Source: Gemmatimonadales bacterium (GTDB lineage: Bacteria > Gemmatimonadota > Gemmatimonadetes > Longimicrobiales > Gaopeijiaceae). Taken from it: a stretch of 64,000 nt of DNA. Position 1 is the first letter of the stretch; each line of letters begins with the position of its first letter. Location: contig REBP01000235.1 in NCBI GenBank assembly GCA_007692665.1, positions 26-64,025 on the forward strand, read 5' to 3'. The position numbers and the translations under genes were made by a program. Shown here one piece after another: positions 63,122 through 64,000 of this stretch. The notes under the pieces were generated by a model. The model was given only the letters and a program-made list of their open reading frames with translations, was not told the origin of the DNA and searched no databases.

Positions 63122-64000
63122 TCATGACCTCTTCCCCCGCTTGCGGCCTCCGGAACTGGGGTCACCGCCGCCCGACCCGCCGCCACCCTTTCCCTTCGAT
63201 CGACCACCCTTCCCTTTCGAACCACCGCCGGACTTTCCGCCGCCCCGCCCGCCGCGGCCCCCGCCCCCCGAGCCCTTCCCCCGGCCCGTGGTCGGGGACC
63301 CGCCCTCGAGGAGGAGGAAATCGATCTGCCTCTCCTCCTTGTCGGCCCGGGCCACTCGAACCTCGACCCGGTCTCCGATGCGGAAGCGGCGACCATTTCG
63401 CTCCCCCACCAGCGCATAGGCCTCGGGGAGGAAGCTGTAGTAGTCGTCCCCGAGCGTGCTCACGTGGATCAATCCCTCGACGAAGACGCGGTCCAGCAGC
63501 ACGAAGAGGCCGAACGAGGTGACTCCCGCAATCGTCCCCTCGAAGTCCTCCCCCAGGTGCCGGCGCATGAACTCGATCTTCTTCATCTCGATGGAGTCCC
63601 GCTCGGCCTGCTGGGCCACGCGCTCCCGCTCGCTGGCTCGCTCGCAGACCTCCTCCATGGCCTTCGTCCATCGCTCCGGGAGCTTCTTCCCGTCGACGAA
63701 GAGCTGCTTCATGACGCGGTGGACCACGAGGTCCGGGTACCGCCGGATGGGCGACGTGAAGTGAAGATAGGCCTCCGACGCGAGCCCGAAGTGACCCTCG
63801 TTGGCCGGGGCGTAGCGCGCACGGCTCATGGAGCGAAGGACAACGGTGGAGACCAGGTGTTCCTCCGGACGCCCGCGCACGGCATTGATGACCGACTGGA
63901 GGTACCTGGGCTTGACCGTCTTCTTGCCGATGGAGTATCCCATGGGCCCGAGGAACGCACGAAGATCCTCCACCTTCTCCTGCGGCGGCGGCTCGTGGAT
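63122..64000 (-). CDS. rnr: ribonuclease R, C-terminal part (5' end outside the window)
   Basis: An RNB-domain end (HFGLASEAYLHFTSPIRRYPDLVVHR), an S1 domain (GTIAGVTSFGLFVLL) and a Gly/Lys/Arg-rich tail. The frame is open to the window edge. Confidence 0.9.
   Translation of the reverse strand: MHEPPPQEKVEDLRAFLGPMGYSIGKKTVKPRYLQSVINAVRGRPEEHLVSTVVLRSMSRARYAPANEGHFGLASEAYLHFTSPIRRYPDLVVHRVMKQLFVDGKKLPERWTKAMEEVCERASERERVAQQAERDSIEMKKIEFMRRHLGEDFEGTIAGVTSFGLFVLLDRVFVEGLIHVSTLGDDYYSFLPEAYALVGERNGRRFRIGDRVEVRVARADKEERQIDFLLLEGGSPTTGRGKGSGGGGRGGRGGGKSGGGSKGKGGRSKGKGGGGSGGGDPSSGGRKRGKRS

Overview
This is a visibly high-GC bacterial chromosomal segment, densely packed with core cell-envelope and housekeeping genes. 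I found no rRNA, CRISPR array, transposase, integrase or recognisable defence system. The gene content points to a diderm of the FCB/Gemmatimonadota type: an lpxC-fabZ fusion, bshC, mcsAB-clpC, and the full Lpt, Lpx and Bam sets. That taxon call is inference only.

Layout:
- Plus-strand block (1..17153): pyrG' | kdsA-kdsC-kdsD-lptC-lptA(long)-lptB-rpoN. This is fused without gaps to a polyprenol-phosphate-sugar type glycosylation module: GtrB-like GT2, wecB, GT4, YfhO-like GT-C, UPF0104 flippase-like, Ppm1-like GT2, a Zn-ribbon orphan and plsC.
- Non-coding island (17154..17950): about 0.8 kb between convergent genes. It carries a 14-bp pure-AT palindrome, several different short tandem duplications, and a very strong terminator hairpin.
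- Small mixed region (17951..30374): TPR/YfgM-like, DUF423, tRNA-Arg(CCT), a methyltransferase, DUF368, pcm, surE, MerR, gpsA-plsY-der-DUF512, an M23 peptidase, DinB and tRNA-Gly(CCC).
- Minus-strand gene train of about 34 kb (30302..64000): rnr' - pseudo-receiver GGDEF - Zn-ribbon acidic-repeat protein - prfB (canonical +1 frameshift site seen) - lysS - lolC/E - lolD - mcsA - mcsB - clpC - bamA - skp - lpxD - lpxC/fabZ - lpxA - Gfo/Idh/MocA (GnnA-like) - lpxB - DUF374 - lpxK - rlmH - methyltransferase - bshC - small membrane protein - murJ - uvrC - gltX - TPR lipoprotein - tRNA-Gly.

Worth a second look: the repeat-rich non-coding island (candidate large ncRNA or regulatory island); the rpoN-coupled periplasmic glycosylation module; the GnnA-like oxidoreductase plus a tiny membrane ORF inside the lipid A operon; the Firmicute-style McsA/McsB/ClpC module in an LPS diderm; the GGDEF/Zn-ribbon pair; and repeat-encoded insertions in MurJ and other proteins. 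All functional calls rest on motif recognition by eye and on gene context. No searches were run.
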